This document shows, in pieces, positions 40,607 to 50,080 of a DNA stretch of 64,000 bases; within the stretch, counting starts at the first letter, position 1; the number at the start of each line of letters is the position of its first letter. Position numbers and translations under genes: made by a program. The notes beneath the pieces were generated by a model that saw nothing but the letters and a program-made list of their open reading frames with translations, was not told the origin of the DNA and ran no database searches. The DNA lies in NCBI GenBank assembly GCA_963773285.1, contig CAVZAM010000007.1, forward strand, positions 17,634 through 81,633, read 5' to 3'. The DNA is from an uncultured delta proteobacterium. GTDB lineage: Bacteria > Desulfobacterota > Desulfobaccia > Desulfobaccales > 0-14-0-80-60-11.

Positions 40607-42100
40607 TCAAACCGGGTGGCCGGATGATGAATTAATTTTCCTGAAATCGATAAATCCCCGCTGAACGTCCACAGACGTTAACTGCACGCGCAGCCGGTCG
40701 CCGACGTCAACGCCCTCGAAACCGCTCACCAGTTTTCCTTCCACAGGCACCGTGAGAAGCCGGACCCAGGTACCTTTCGGGGCGGCGCCAGTGACCACCG
40801 CATCGAACTGCTCCCCGATCCTCGATGCCAGCAGAAGCGCCGCCGCGGCTTTGCCCACCTGGCGTTCGACCTTTTGCGCGGCATCTTCCGCTTCGGTGCA
40901 ATGGGCGGCCAGGGCAGCCAATGCGTCTTTACCATAGGGCACCGGCTGGCCTTCCAAAGCCGCTTTCAACAAGCGTTGGGTAAGCAGGTCGGGGTAGCGG
41001 CGGTTGGGGGCGGTGGAGTGAACATAGTCCTTGACCGCGAGACCAAAGTGGCCCGGGGCATCCCCGGCAGGTAATTCGGCAATATATTCGCCAGAGCCCA
41101 AAAGCTTGATCACCGCGAGGGACAGGTCGGGGAAGCGCAACGGGTCCGCGGCCTTTTCCTTGACGAGAAACTCCTCCAGCGCCTTTGAATCTGGGATATC
41201 CGGAAGTTTGAAATTGTGTTCCCCGGCAATCTCCACAATCCGGTCCCATCGTTTGGGGGTGCGCACGACCCGGCCGATCGATGGAAATTTCCTGGACGCC
41301 AGATACCGGGCCACCGCACCGTTGGCGGCGATCATGAATTCCTCGATAATCTCCCTGGCACGGTTCTTTTCTTCTGTCACTAAAGCCCGGAGTTGATCGC
41401 CATCGAATACCGGTCTGGCTTCAATGGTTTCGAGACGCAAGGCGCCGCGGCTCTCCCGCAGGTTCTTCATACTTTGCGCCACCCGGTCCTGCACGCGCAG
41501 ATTCTCAGCCAGCCCTGGCACGGCCGCGACGGCTTCAGGGGGACCGTCTTGCTGTTCCAACCATGCGGCCACGCGGTTGTAGGCAAGTTTCGCCCGGTTA
41601 CGCACCCAGGCCCGGTAAATATCGGCGTCCTGAAGGGATCCGTCGGTGCGAACCACCATGTCGACGACCACGGCAAGGCGGTCCTCGTTGAAATTCAGGG
41701 AGGTGAGGTCGGTGGAAAGCTTCTCAGGAAGCATGGGGAATATCTCGGCGGCGGTATAAACCGAGGTGGTGTTATGATGCGCGTGTGCATCAATCGCCGA
41801 GCCATTTTTAACGACTACGTCCACGTCAGCAATGGCCACCAATATCTTGATATGGTCGCCAGTCCCGGTTTCGGCAACGGTAAGCTGATCAAGGTCACGG
41901 GAGTCATCGTTGTCAATAGAAGCCCACAGCAGGTTTCTCAGATCGCGGACCGGTTCGCCTTCGGTGGGCGCCGGTATCTGCAGGCGACCAAGTTCGGCGA
42001 GTGCTTCGTTAGAAAAGTCGGGGAGCAAACCCCGATCCAGCATTGCCTGATGAGCAATGCTCTGTAAAATGGCTCGGTGCTGTTTATCGCCGGCATTCAT
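40607..42100 (-). CDS. RNB-domain exoribonuclease (RNase II family)
   Basis: SIDNDDSRDLDQ, IEEFMIAAN, HFGL, HSTAPNRRYPDL, C-terminal S1-like domain. Confidence 0.93.
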   Translation of the reverse strand: MNAGDKQHRAILQSIAHQAMLDRGLLPDFSNEALAELGRLQIPAPTEGEPVRDLRNLLWASIDNDDSRDLDQLTVAETGTGDHIKILVAIADVDVVVKNGSAIDAHAHHNTTSVYTAAEIFPMLPEKLSTDLTSLNFNEDRLAVVVDMVVRTDGSLQDADIYRAWVRNRAKLAYNRVAAWLEQQDGPPEAVAAVPGLAENLRVQDRVAQSMKNLRESRGALRLETIEARPVFDGDQLRALVTEEKNRAREIIEEFMIAANGAVARYLASRKFPSIGRVVRTPKRWDRIVEIAGEHNFKLPDIPDSKALEEFLVKEKAADPLRFPDLSLAVIKLLGSGEYIAELPAGDAPGHFGLAVKDYVHSTAPNRRYPDLLTQRLLKAALEGQPVPYGKDALAALAAHCTEAEDAAQKVERQVGKAAAALLLASRIGEQFDAVVTGAAPKGTWVRLLTVPVEGKLVSGFEGVDVGDRLRVQLTSVDVQRGFIDFRKINSSSGHPV

Positions 42101-42544
42101 AGGGTGTCCTCTGCATCTTTATTGGCTTAATGAACAATGTAGATGAGCAATGGAACCCGTTCAAACGGATAAGTTTCGGATCTTGAAGGGGTTCGGATAT
42201 TCATATCATATCTGATATGTTCTAAGGCTTGAAGATACCTGAGAACTTGGCAGGCTTGCAGGCATTTTTCCCTCGCCCTCAAAGGCGGGGTTCTGGCTGA
42301 CCCTGCCATCCAAACCTTTAGAAAAGGCCCGTGGGGTTCACTATTTTCTTGAATCTGAGGGCGCAGCTCAACATCGTCAAGGCACGGTTTTCAGAGCCTT
42401 GCTGCTGAGAGCCATTAGCATCGGTGTATTGAATTCCAGCTGCAGTTCGGTGGGCGCCCGGCTGGTGAGCCTGGCGCAGGCGTCAGTAAAGGTGGGGTAG
42501 TACAGGTCGACCACGGTCTGAGTGGGATCCACCGCCGCATAATT

Positions 42545-43462
42545 ATGCCAGGAGCACCACTCGGAATACCCCGTCACCCGGTAACAAAGTCCTATCTCTC
42601 ATCTTTCCTCCGGTATGCGGGCGGCAAGGCCTGGATAGCCCTCCTTGTCATGGTCCTCCTCGGTCTCAGCGAAGGCGTCGGCCTGATCATGCTGATTCCC
42701 CTCTTACAACTCGTTGGCCTCGGTGGGCCGGAGACACCTGACCGCATTTCCTTGCTGGTGAAGGACTTTTCCAGACGGCCGGACTGCCCCTGACGCTGCC
42801 GGCCATTTTGGGCGAGTATGCCCTTATTCTTGGCGTCCACGCGGTGGCGAGCCGATACCAGGAAGGGCTGAATGCCCGAATGTCCCTGGGTTACACCCAG
42901 TTCATGCAGGACCGGGTATACACGGCCTTTGCCCGGGTAAAATGGCTGTACTTCACCCGGATGCGGGGGTCCGAGGTCATCCGCGTGATGACCGGCGACC
43001 TGATCCGGGCAGGATTCGCCACCCGGCGGCTGCTCGAGCTCATGGCCACGGTCGTCCTCACCGTTATTTATATCGGTGTGGCCCTGTCCGTATCGTGGGT
43101 CATGACCCTAGTTGCATTGGCCTGCGCCACCGTGATTTCCCTGATCCTGCAACCCCTTAACCGGCAGGCTCATAGCCTCGGCGAAGAATTGCAGACCACG
43201 GTGGATGATATGTATCGGGTGGCAACTGAACACCTGGGCGGTATGAAGATTGCCAAGATCTACAGCTTGGAGCAGGAGCACGCCAGGAGCTTCTCTGCGG
43301 TCACCAGCCGGGCGGCGGCCAAGGCCATCCGCTTCCTCATGGTGGACGCCGACACCCAGATGTACCACCAGTTGGGGGCGATTGTGGCCCTGAGCTTTTT
43401 TTTTAACAGCCGCCAAGTTCATCACCATCCCCACCACCAGTCTCTTGCTCGTGGTATGAGGA
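42545..43462 (+). pseudogene. N-terminal TMD fragment of an ABC exporter
   Basis: LLGLSEGVGLIMLIPLL, EHLGGMKIAK; frameshifted; stops before any NBD. Confidence 0.75.
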
Positions 43463-43598
43463 GCGGTTATTTAACTTTCTTCATCTCTGTTCCGAACGGG
43501 CATTTGTGTGGCTTCTGGCTGACGGCGCCGCCATCAACCCGGGGGCGCAGTCACCGGCGTAAGCAATCAGGTTTGGAGAACATTACCTTTGGTGATCT

Positions 43599-45050
43599 AT
43601 GGATAAACAACAAAAGAAATTACTCATTCAAATAATGTTAGTCACCTGTGCGGTGCTGCTCATTGATTTTCAGGGCCGGCTGCTGAGTTTCACGGCGTCT
43701 TTGGGCCTGGATAAGCTTACCGGGACCATCGAAGTCACCATCAGTATTTTCGCCTGGGTCGCCGGCGGCTGGCTGGTTTCGGGGCTCATCCATACCCTGG
43801 TGTGGCCCCGGGTGGAAAAGCGCCTGGGCTATCCCCCCCCGAAGCTGCTGCTGAATATTATCACCTCGGTAATCATCCTGACCATTGCCATGGCGATTTT
43901 CGGCTTTGTCCTGAACGCGCCCATCTCTGGTCTGGTGGCCGGCTCCAGCGTGGTGGCCGCGGTCATCGGCCTGGCCGTGACCCGCATGATTGCCGATGTT
44001 TTTTCCGGCGTGGCCCTGAGTGTGGAGCGGTCGTATATTTTGGGTGACTGGCTGGAGATCGAAATGCGCTCCCGGCCCGCCGGCTTCCTGGCGGGTCAGG
44101 TGGTGGAAGTCAACTGGCGGGCCACCCGGCTTAAGACCAAGGCCGATGAGATCATCGTCATTCCCAACAGCGAGCTGGCCCGTACCAAGTTCATTAATTT
44201 CAGCGCCCCCCAAAGGTATTACCGCGCCGAGGTCCAGGTGCCATTGAGCCACAAAGTGCCGCCGGACCGGGCCAAACGCATCCTCATGGCCGCGGTGGTG
44301 AGCACTGCCGGCGTCATGGAAGAGCCGAAGCCTCAAATCGTCCTGAAGAAATTCGAACCCCGGGGCGTAGTGTGGTGCCTCTGGTTCTGGGTCGCCGATT
44401 ATTCCCAGAATAGCCAAGTAACCAGAGCGGTGCAGGAAAACGTCCTAAACCACCTGCAGGTGGCCGGCATAGAACTCTCCTACAACCGGGTGGACCAGCG
44501 CCTGTTGCCCCTGAAAGGGCCAGAGCAAAGCCAGGATGTGTCTAAGATGGCGCTGCTCGGGCGCATTGACCTCTTTGCGATCATGGGCGAGCAACCTCTT
44601 AGCCGGATCGCCCAGGCCATGCAGAGGCATGAGTTCCAGGAGCAGGAGTTCATTGTCACCCAGGGGGAGACAGGCTCATCACTATTTGTGGTGGAGGAGG
44701 GTCTGGTCAGCGTCATGGTTAATGACGGCAACGGCAATCATAAATGGGTGGCCCACATTCCGCCCGGTGGTTTCTTCGGCGAGACGGCCTTGTTGACCGG
44801 CGAATCCAGGAATGCCTCGGTCCTGGCGGTAACCCAGGTCGTCTGTTATGAGATCGACAAAGAGATTCTTCTGCCCATTTTTCAGGAAACCCCGGAACTC
44901 ATAGAGAAGGTGGGCGAACTGATGGTTGCCCGGAAGGCCCAGCTGAGGAGGGCGAAAAAGGACTCAATGGAGCAGGCCCAGGAGGAGCACCAGGAAAAGC
45001 TTTCGCTGCTCCAGAAGATGCGGAATTTTTTCGGCATCAAGCTGTGGTAA
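43599..45050 (+). CDS. MscS-family channel with C-terminal cNMP-binding domain
   Basis: VIGLA...ADVFSG, GDWLEI, VNWRAT, IPNS; QGETGSSLF, FFGETALLTGESRNASV. Confidence 0.92.
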   Translation: MDKQQKKLLIQIMLVTCAVLLIDFQGRLLSFTASLGLDKLTGTIEVTISIFAWVAGGWLVSGLIHTLVWPRVEKRLGYPPPKLLLNIITSVIILTIAMAIFGFVLNAPISGLVAGSSVVAAVIGLAVTRMIADVFSGVALSVERSYILGDWLEIEMRSRPAGFLAGQVVEVNWRATRLKTKADEIIVIPNSELARTKFINFSAPQRYYRAEVQVPLSHKVPPDRAKRILMAAVVSTAGVMEEPKPQIVLKKFEPRGVVWCLWFWVADYSQNSQVTRAVQENVLNHLQVAGIELSYNRVDQRLLPLKGPEQSQDVSKMALLGRIDLFAIMGEQPLSRIAQAMQRHEFQEQEFIVTQGETGSSLFVVEEGLVSVMVNDGNGNHKWVAHIPPGGFFGETALLTGESRNASVLAVTQVVCYEIDKEILLPIFQETPELIEKVGELMVARKAQLRRAKKDSMEQAQEEHQEKLSLLQKMRNFFGIKLW

Positions 45051-45200
45051 AAGATCCCTGCCGCCATGAATTCGCCTATCGGTGAGGCCAAGCGGCAGGA
45101 CATGGAAATGTTCGAAAGAGTCGATAGGATGCCTTCCAGGAGAAGTCTCTGACAAGAAAAAATAAAGGTCAGGCCGATTGACCTAACCTCTTGATATCAT

Positions 45201-45275
45201 TGGAGCCGGCACGGGGGGTCGAACCCCGGGCCTGCTGATTACGAATCAGCTGCTCTACCACTGAGCTATGCCGGC
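45201..45275 (-). tRNA. tRNA-Thr(CGT)
   Basis: GCCGGCATAGCTCAGTGGTAGAGCAGCTGATTCGTAATCAGCAGGCCCGGGGTTCGACCCCCCGTGCCGGCTCCA; cloverleaf, anticodon CGT, encoded CCA. Confidence 0.97.
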
Positions 45276-45344
45276 TTAAACCTATGATTTCTGCTCATTC
45301 GGCCGATTTTGACATGGCCCGAAAAGGGGCGCCAACCCCATTTT

Positions 45345-45399
45345 TGTCTCAAAATTGTCTGCAGTCTGCAGACGATTTGCAGACGGTCTGCAGACTGTC
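45345..45399. repeat. 11-bp-period repeat array
   Basis: TGTCT at 45345 and 45356; TGCAGAC at 45367, 45378 and 45389; palindrome GTCTGCAGAC twice. Confidence 0.75.
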
Positions 45400-46188
45400 T
45401 TCCTGCGGAGTAGGCCAAATTGAGTAGAGTAAATCAGTCATCGCTGCCGCCAAACTGGTTTTCCCTCGATAAGATTATCAAACGCTTTCAGACCTGTCGA
45501 CAGAAGATTGGGAAAAAATATCACCGGCATCCTTAAGCTTGTTTACGCCTGTTCACTTTTGGATAGGCCCCCAACATTTTCTCTTTCCAAGCAGGAAGTT
45601 CCCATTATTGTTGAGACTTTTTTAAGGTTAACCTGTGACGACCCCTTAATTTACAAAAATACCCAATCAGACATTATTTGCCCTCCCCGCCGGGCCCATT
45701 CTTAGGCCTGGAAATTTTAGGACTGTGGACGATTAAATTGCACCTCCCCCCTATACAGAAGTGGCCCTTTTGTCTAACTTAAAGGATGCTGGGCCCCGGT
45801 TGGGGGCCCTGTTCGGGGCTGCCGGCTGGTCATTTCCGGGGGATATCTGGACGAAAGTATGCGAGGTCTAGTGTCATGCTGCCCATGAAGACCGGCCTGA
45901 AGACCCCCTCGTCCCTGGGGTGCTCCTCACCTGCCGGCTGAAGCCCCGTAACCTCCAGTAAGGTGCAGTAGGCAGGCCCCGGGGGGGCCCCTTGCGGGGT
46001 TCCCCCCCCGGGCCGCTTTCCCGGTTGGGGTTACCTCCCTTATGCTGCTATGAGCTAGATATCAACTGTGAAGAAATACCCAGAAGAGGTGTTGATGGAG
46101 GGCAGCTAGCGCCACTATCCCAATTTAGTCGACCAAGCGCTGGTCCAAGGCTTAGCCAAGTTTTTTCCAACGTTCAACTGAGGCTGAC

Positions 46189-46552
46189 TCAACTGCCGCC
46201 ACGTTTGATGAAAGTGCCCTTCCGATATTCCTCGAAAGCGAGTTGCAATTCTTCCTGGGAGTTCATAACAATGGGGCCGTACCAAGCCACGGGCTCACTG
46301 ATGGGCAGGCCCGAGATCAGGAGAAAGCACACCGGGCTGGTGGGGGCAAACACCGCCACCTCATCGCCATCCCCATAATGGACGATGGTCCGGTCGCCAC
46401 AGACGCAACGGCGGTAAAATCGAAATAGTTGGCCCCGATGACCTCGTGGGCATAGGCGTCCCGGTCCGGGTCGAAGTAGCCTTCTCCGGCAATGACCTAG
46501 GCCAAGGCGGTGTGGCCGCGCCGGATGGGATGATGGAACTCGGCCCCGGCCG
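46189..46552 (-). pseudogene. Pirin C-terminal fragment
   Basis: FLLISGLPISEPVAWYGPIVMNSQEEL..AFEEY; N-terminal cupin absent. Confidence 0.85.
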
Positions 46553-46688
46553 TGGACTTGTTCAATGTTGGGTCTTGACAAAGATCCAAGCTTCTTTTAC
46601 TCACGACAGCCTCTTCAGCCTCCTCTTTCAGCCATAATCATAGAATGTCCGGATTTATTTTTTCATTGAAGTCTTAGGCCGGGATCTA

Positions 46689-48089
46689 CTACCGAGTCGC
46701 CCCGGCCGGAACGTTGGCCAGAAGTGCGGTCAAACCTTCGGCAACAGTGGGATGGGTAAAGATCCCCTGACGTAGCGTCGTATAGGGCATGTGTCCCAAC
46801 ATGGCGGTCTGAACCACGGCCATCAGCTCGCTTCCCTCCACGCCAAAGGCGGTAAATCCTAAAATTTCATCACTGTCGGCGCTGATGAGCATTTTCAGAA
46901 CGCCGCGAGGTTCAGAAAGAGTCCGAGTTTTTAGGACGTTGGCCATGGGCATCTTGACCAGACGGTAGCCGAGGCCGAGACTCTTGGCCTCGGATTCGTT
47001 TAATCCCACCCGGGCCAGGACCGGATCAGTAAACAGGCAGAAGGGCACCAACCTGTTTCTCGTGGTGCGGTCGCCGCCGTTGAGGTTGTCGTACACCACC
47101 TGGAAATCGTCAAAGGAGACATGGGTAAACTTCGGGCTGCCGGCGCATTCGCCCATGGCCCAGACCTTAGCGGCAGTGGTCTCCAGGCGCTCGTTGACCT
47201 TGATATACCCATGTTGGTCTAACTCCACTGCGGCGATGTCGAGTCCGATCCCCTGAGTGTTTGGGGTGCGGCCCATAGCGACGAGAAGATCCGTTCCCTC
47301 TATGACCGCGGTGCCTTTCGGGCTTTGAGTGTGGACCCGGACCTGCTGGCCGGAGCTCCCCTCCACCCGCCTGACCTGTGTTTCGAGCCTCACTTCGATG
47401 CCCTCGTCATGGAATAACTCCAGAAGAGCGCTGCCAACATCGGGGTCCTCGTGGCTGGCGAGCTGCGGGCCCCTTTCAATCACGGTCACCCTGGCGCCGA
47501 AGCGCCGCATGGCCTGGGCCAGCTCCAGGCTGACAAAGCCGCCGCCCAGGACCATGAGATGCTCCGGCAGGCGGTCAAGATCAAGCGCCTCGACGTGGGT
47601 CATGGGCCTTGCCTCGGCCAGGCCCGGCCAGTCAGGCAAGGCCGCCCGGGTGCCCAAATTCAGGAAGACCCGGTCGCCGGCAATCTGTCTGACGCCGCCG
47701 CTGTTCAGGACGACTTCAACGGTTCTCGGCGCAATAAAGTGGGCCTCCCCCATGATCAGTCCCGCGCCGCTGGTTTTATAGCGCTCGAGATGCATCTCTA
47801 TCAATCCTTCGACCATCAACCGCTTGCGGCTCTGGACACCCTTCATATCAATCGCGATGGGCCCGGTTTCGAGGCCGAATTCCGCGCCGCGCCTGGCTAA
47901 CGAAGCTACTTTGGCGGAATAGATCACGTTTTTACTGGGCAGGCAGGCAATGTTGGGGCAGGAGCCCCCGATCAGCTTCTTTTCGACCACCACGGTGCGT
48001 TGGCCCGCCTTGGCCAGGCTCCAGGCCAGGTATTTCCCGGCCTCCCCGCTGCCGATCACCAGGTTGTCGTATTTTTCGATCTCGGCCAT
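46689..48089 (-). CDS. Class I pyridine nucleotide-disulfide oxidoreductase (RclA/MerA-like, not MerA)
   Basis: IGSGEAG, GGSCPNIACLPSK, GRTPNT, FTHPTVAE; no C-terminal Cys-Cys. Confidence 0.9.
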   Translation of the reverse strand: MAEIEKYDNLVIGSGEAGKYLAWSLAKAGQRTVVVEKKLIGGSCPNIACLPSKNVIYSAKVASLARRGAEFGLETGPIAIDMKGVQSRKRLMVEGLIEMHLERYKTSGAGLIMGEAHFIAPRTVEVVLNSGGVRQIAGDRVFLNLGTRAALPDWPGLAEARPMTHVEALDLDRLPEHLMVLGGGFVSLELAQAMRRFGARVTVIERGPQLASHEDPDVGSALLELFHDEGIEVRLETQVRRVEGSSGQQVRVHTQSPKGTAVIEGTDLLVAMGRTPNTQGIGLDIAAVELDQHGYIKVNERLETTAAKVWAMGECAGSPKFTHVSFDDFQVVYDNLNGGDRTTRNRLVPFCLFTDPVLARVGLNESEAKSLGLGYRLVKMPMANVLKTRTLSEPRGVLKMLISADSDEILGFTAFGVEGSELMAVVQTAMLGHMPYTTLRQGIFTHPTVAEGLTALLANVPAGATR

Positions 48090-48121
48090 ATGCTTGCTCC
48101 TTTTCCCAGCCAAAAGTTGAA

Positions 48122-50002
48122 TTAGGGCAATACCACCAAAGGACGCATCATGTCGTTGTCCTCGTGCTGCAGGTTATGACAGTGCCAGACATATTTCCCC
48201 TGGGTGGGATCAAAGGGAAACAGGTTAACTCCGGGCCTGGGACTGCCCGGCCCGTGCAGGGGAGCAGTTTGGGGAGCCCATCTGGTCACGATCCGGGTTA
48301 CCGTGCCGACCATATGCACCACAGTATCCTTCCAGCCAGCTTCCTCCGGGGAAGGATCCAGGGGCTTCCCGAGGAGGTAAGGCGCGGGGTCCGGAATTGA
48401 CCACGGGGCCTGGGCCAAGGCCTTCTGGTAGGCCTTGACGTTAAAGGACTGCCGGTTCAAGAGTTGAAACTGGATAAGGTGAAGGTGAATAGGGTGCAGG
48501 TCATTGGCGAGATTCATGACTTCCCAAACCTCGACGGAGCCTACCCTGGGGTCCTCCGTAATCGGGTCATCCCAGTGCCGGCCACTGAGCATCAGCATGG
48601 CCGGTCCTTTGGGCCCCTGCCTGACATTCAGGTACGCCCGCCGGGAATTTTTAAGCAGGGCAGGAGTAACCAAAGACCTTAGATCGGCACAAGGAGGCAG
48701 GGTAAGGAAGTGTGGCGGGAGGCTATGGTCATAGCCAAGGCGGCGTTTGGCCACCCGGAATTGCATGATTTGCCCGGTGGTTTGGGGATCGGGGGTCTGC
48801 CCTTCCATGAACGGGGTCTTGGCATTATTGAGGAGCGTAATGGTGCCGTCGGCCAGATCCGTGAAGTCGAGGATAAGGTCGGCCCGCTCGGCGGGGGCCA
48901 GGCGGAGGCTTTTGAGCTGCACCGGCCTAGGCAAAAAACCGCCGTCGGAGCCGATCTGCCAGAGGGGCTGGTGGGAATCCAGGCTTAGGTTGAGAACGCG
49001 CGAATTACAGGCATTTAACAGGCGGAACCGGTAGCGCCGCGGTTCCACCTGGAGATAAGGCCAGGCCTTGCCGTTGACACAGATGACGTCTCCAAAGAAA
49101 TCTTGCACCCATTGTTGATGGATGTCCGGGTTAACGCCCTTGGTGGGATAGGCTAGAGAACCATCGGTATTAAAGGCCAGGTCCTGGATCAACAACGGCA
49201 TCTCGTAAAAAGGTCCCGAGCCGTGACCGGTGGCAGGGCCAGGCAGGCCCAAGGTATTTTCTCCCGGCAGGGGTTTGCCAGGGTTTACCGCCGGCAGTCC
49301 CCCGGTATCATGGTCATCCCGGAGGAGATACCAACCGGCCAGCCCTGAAATGATGTTCAGGCGGGTTATCCCCAAGGTGTGTTCATGATACCAGAGCGCG
49401 GTGGCCCGCTGCCCGTTATCGTAAACATAATCGGCGTAATTATTCCCAACCCCGCCGTTCAACCTGACGCCGGTGGGAGAATACCAGTCCTCGGGATAGC
49501 CGTCGCTATCAGGCCGTGTCGCACCTCCATGCAAGTGCACCACCGTGCGCACCTCTGGAAATTTCTGGTCCGCCCCGTGGATGGTATGATCCATGGCCGC
49601 GGCCAGTAAGTGGGTGGTGGGAAGATTGTTGATCCATCTTACCCTCACCGGCACGTTCACCCTGGCCTCAATAGTAGGTCCCGGCCAGCAAGGGGGGAAA
49701 CCCACTGCCCCAAAGCCCCAAAGTATTGAAGGGGGCAGATCCCGGTGAATTTTTTGGGTAAACTGCTTCATCTCCACCTGATATTGGTTCGCCACCCCGG
49801 TATTTGGCATAACCTCCAGGACGGGCAGGAGATCGACATATCTCGTCAAGGCAGTTCCCGGCTTGGTGCCGGAAAATTCCCATTTCTTCGCCTCGCTGAA
49901 AGCCTGGGAGACCTCCAGACCCCAGCACCTAAGTCCCCAGGGGAGAGCCAGCGATGCCCCTGCCAACCCCGCCAACCTTAAAAAGTCGCGTCGACTGAAC
50001 AT
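48122..50002 (-). CDS. Tat-exported multicopper oxidase (CotA/bilirubin oxidase-like)
   Basis: SRRDFL; HLHG, WYHEH, HPIHLH, WHCHNLQHEDNDMM. Confidence 0.94.
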   Translation of the reverse strand: MFSRRDFLRLAGLAGASLALPWGLRCWGLEVSQAFSEAKKWEFSGTKPGTALTRYVDLLPVLEVMPNTGVANQYQVEMKQFTQKIHRDLPPSILWGFGAVGFPPCWPGPTIEARVNVPVRVRWINNLPTTHLLAAAMDHTIHGADQKFPEVRTVVHLHGGATRPDSDGYPEDWYSPTGVRLNGGVGNNYADYVYDNGQRATALWYHEHTLGITRLNIISGLAGWYLLRDDHDTGGLPAVNPGKPLPGENTLGLPGPATGHGSGPFYEMPLLIQDLAFNTDGSLAYPTKGVNPDIHQQWVQDFFGDVICVNGKAWPYLQVEPRRYRFRLLNACNSRVLNLSLDSHQPLWQIGSDGGFLPRPVQLKSLRLAPAERADLILDFTDLADGTITLLNNAKTPFMEGQTPDPQTTGQIMQFRVAKRRLGYDHSLPPHFLTLPPCADLRSLVTPALLKNSRRAYLNVRQGPKGPAMLMLSGRHWDDPITEDPRVGSVEVWEVMNLANDLHPIHLHLIQFQLLNRQSFNVKAYQKALAQAPWSIPDPAPYLLGKPLDPSPEEAGWKDTVVHMVGTVTRIVTRWAPQTAPLHGPGSPRPGVNLFPFDPTQGKYVWHCHNLQHEDNDMMRPLVVLP

Positions 50003-50080
50003 AGCCTTAACTTTCTCTTGCGGCTCCAAGGTGTGGGCCTGGGGCTCTTAGGTAACGGTGGCCCCACCCGTCCTGATGCA

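Noticed and set aside
42377-42577. 66-aa minus-strand ORF
   Set aside because: Overlaps the start of the ABC fragment and has no recognisable motif; at most a 3' remnant.
46689-48089. Mercuric reductase MerA
   Set aside because: No C-terminal Cys-Cys pair, no HMA domain and no mer genes nearby.
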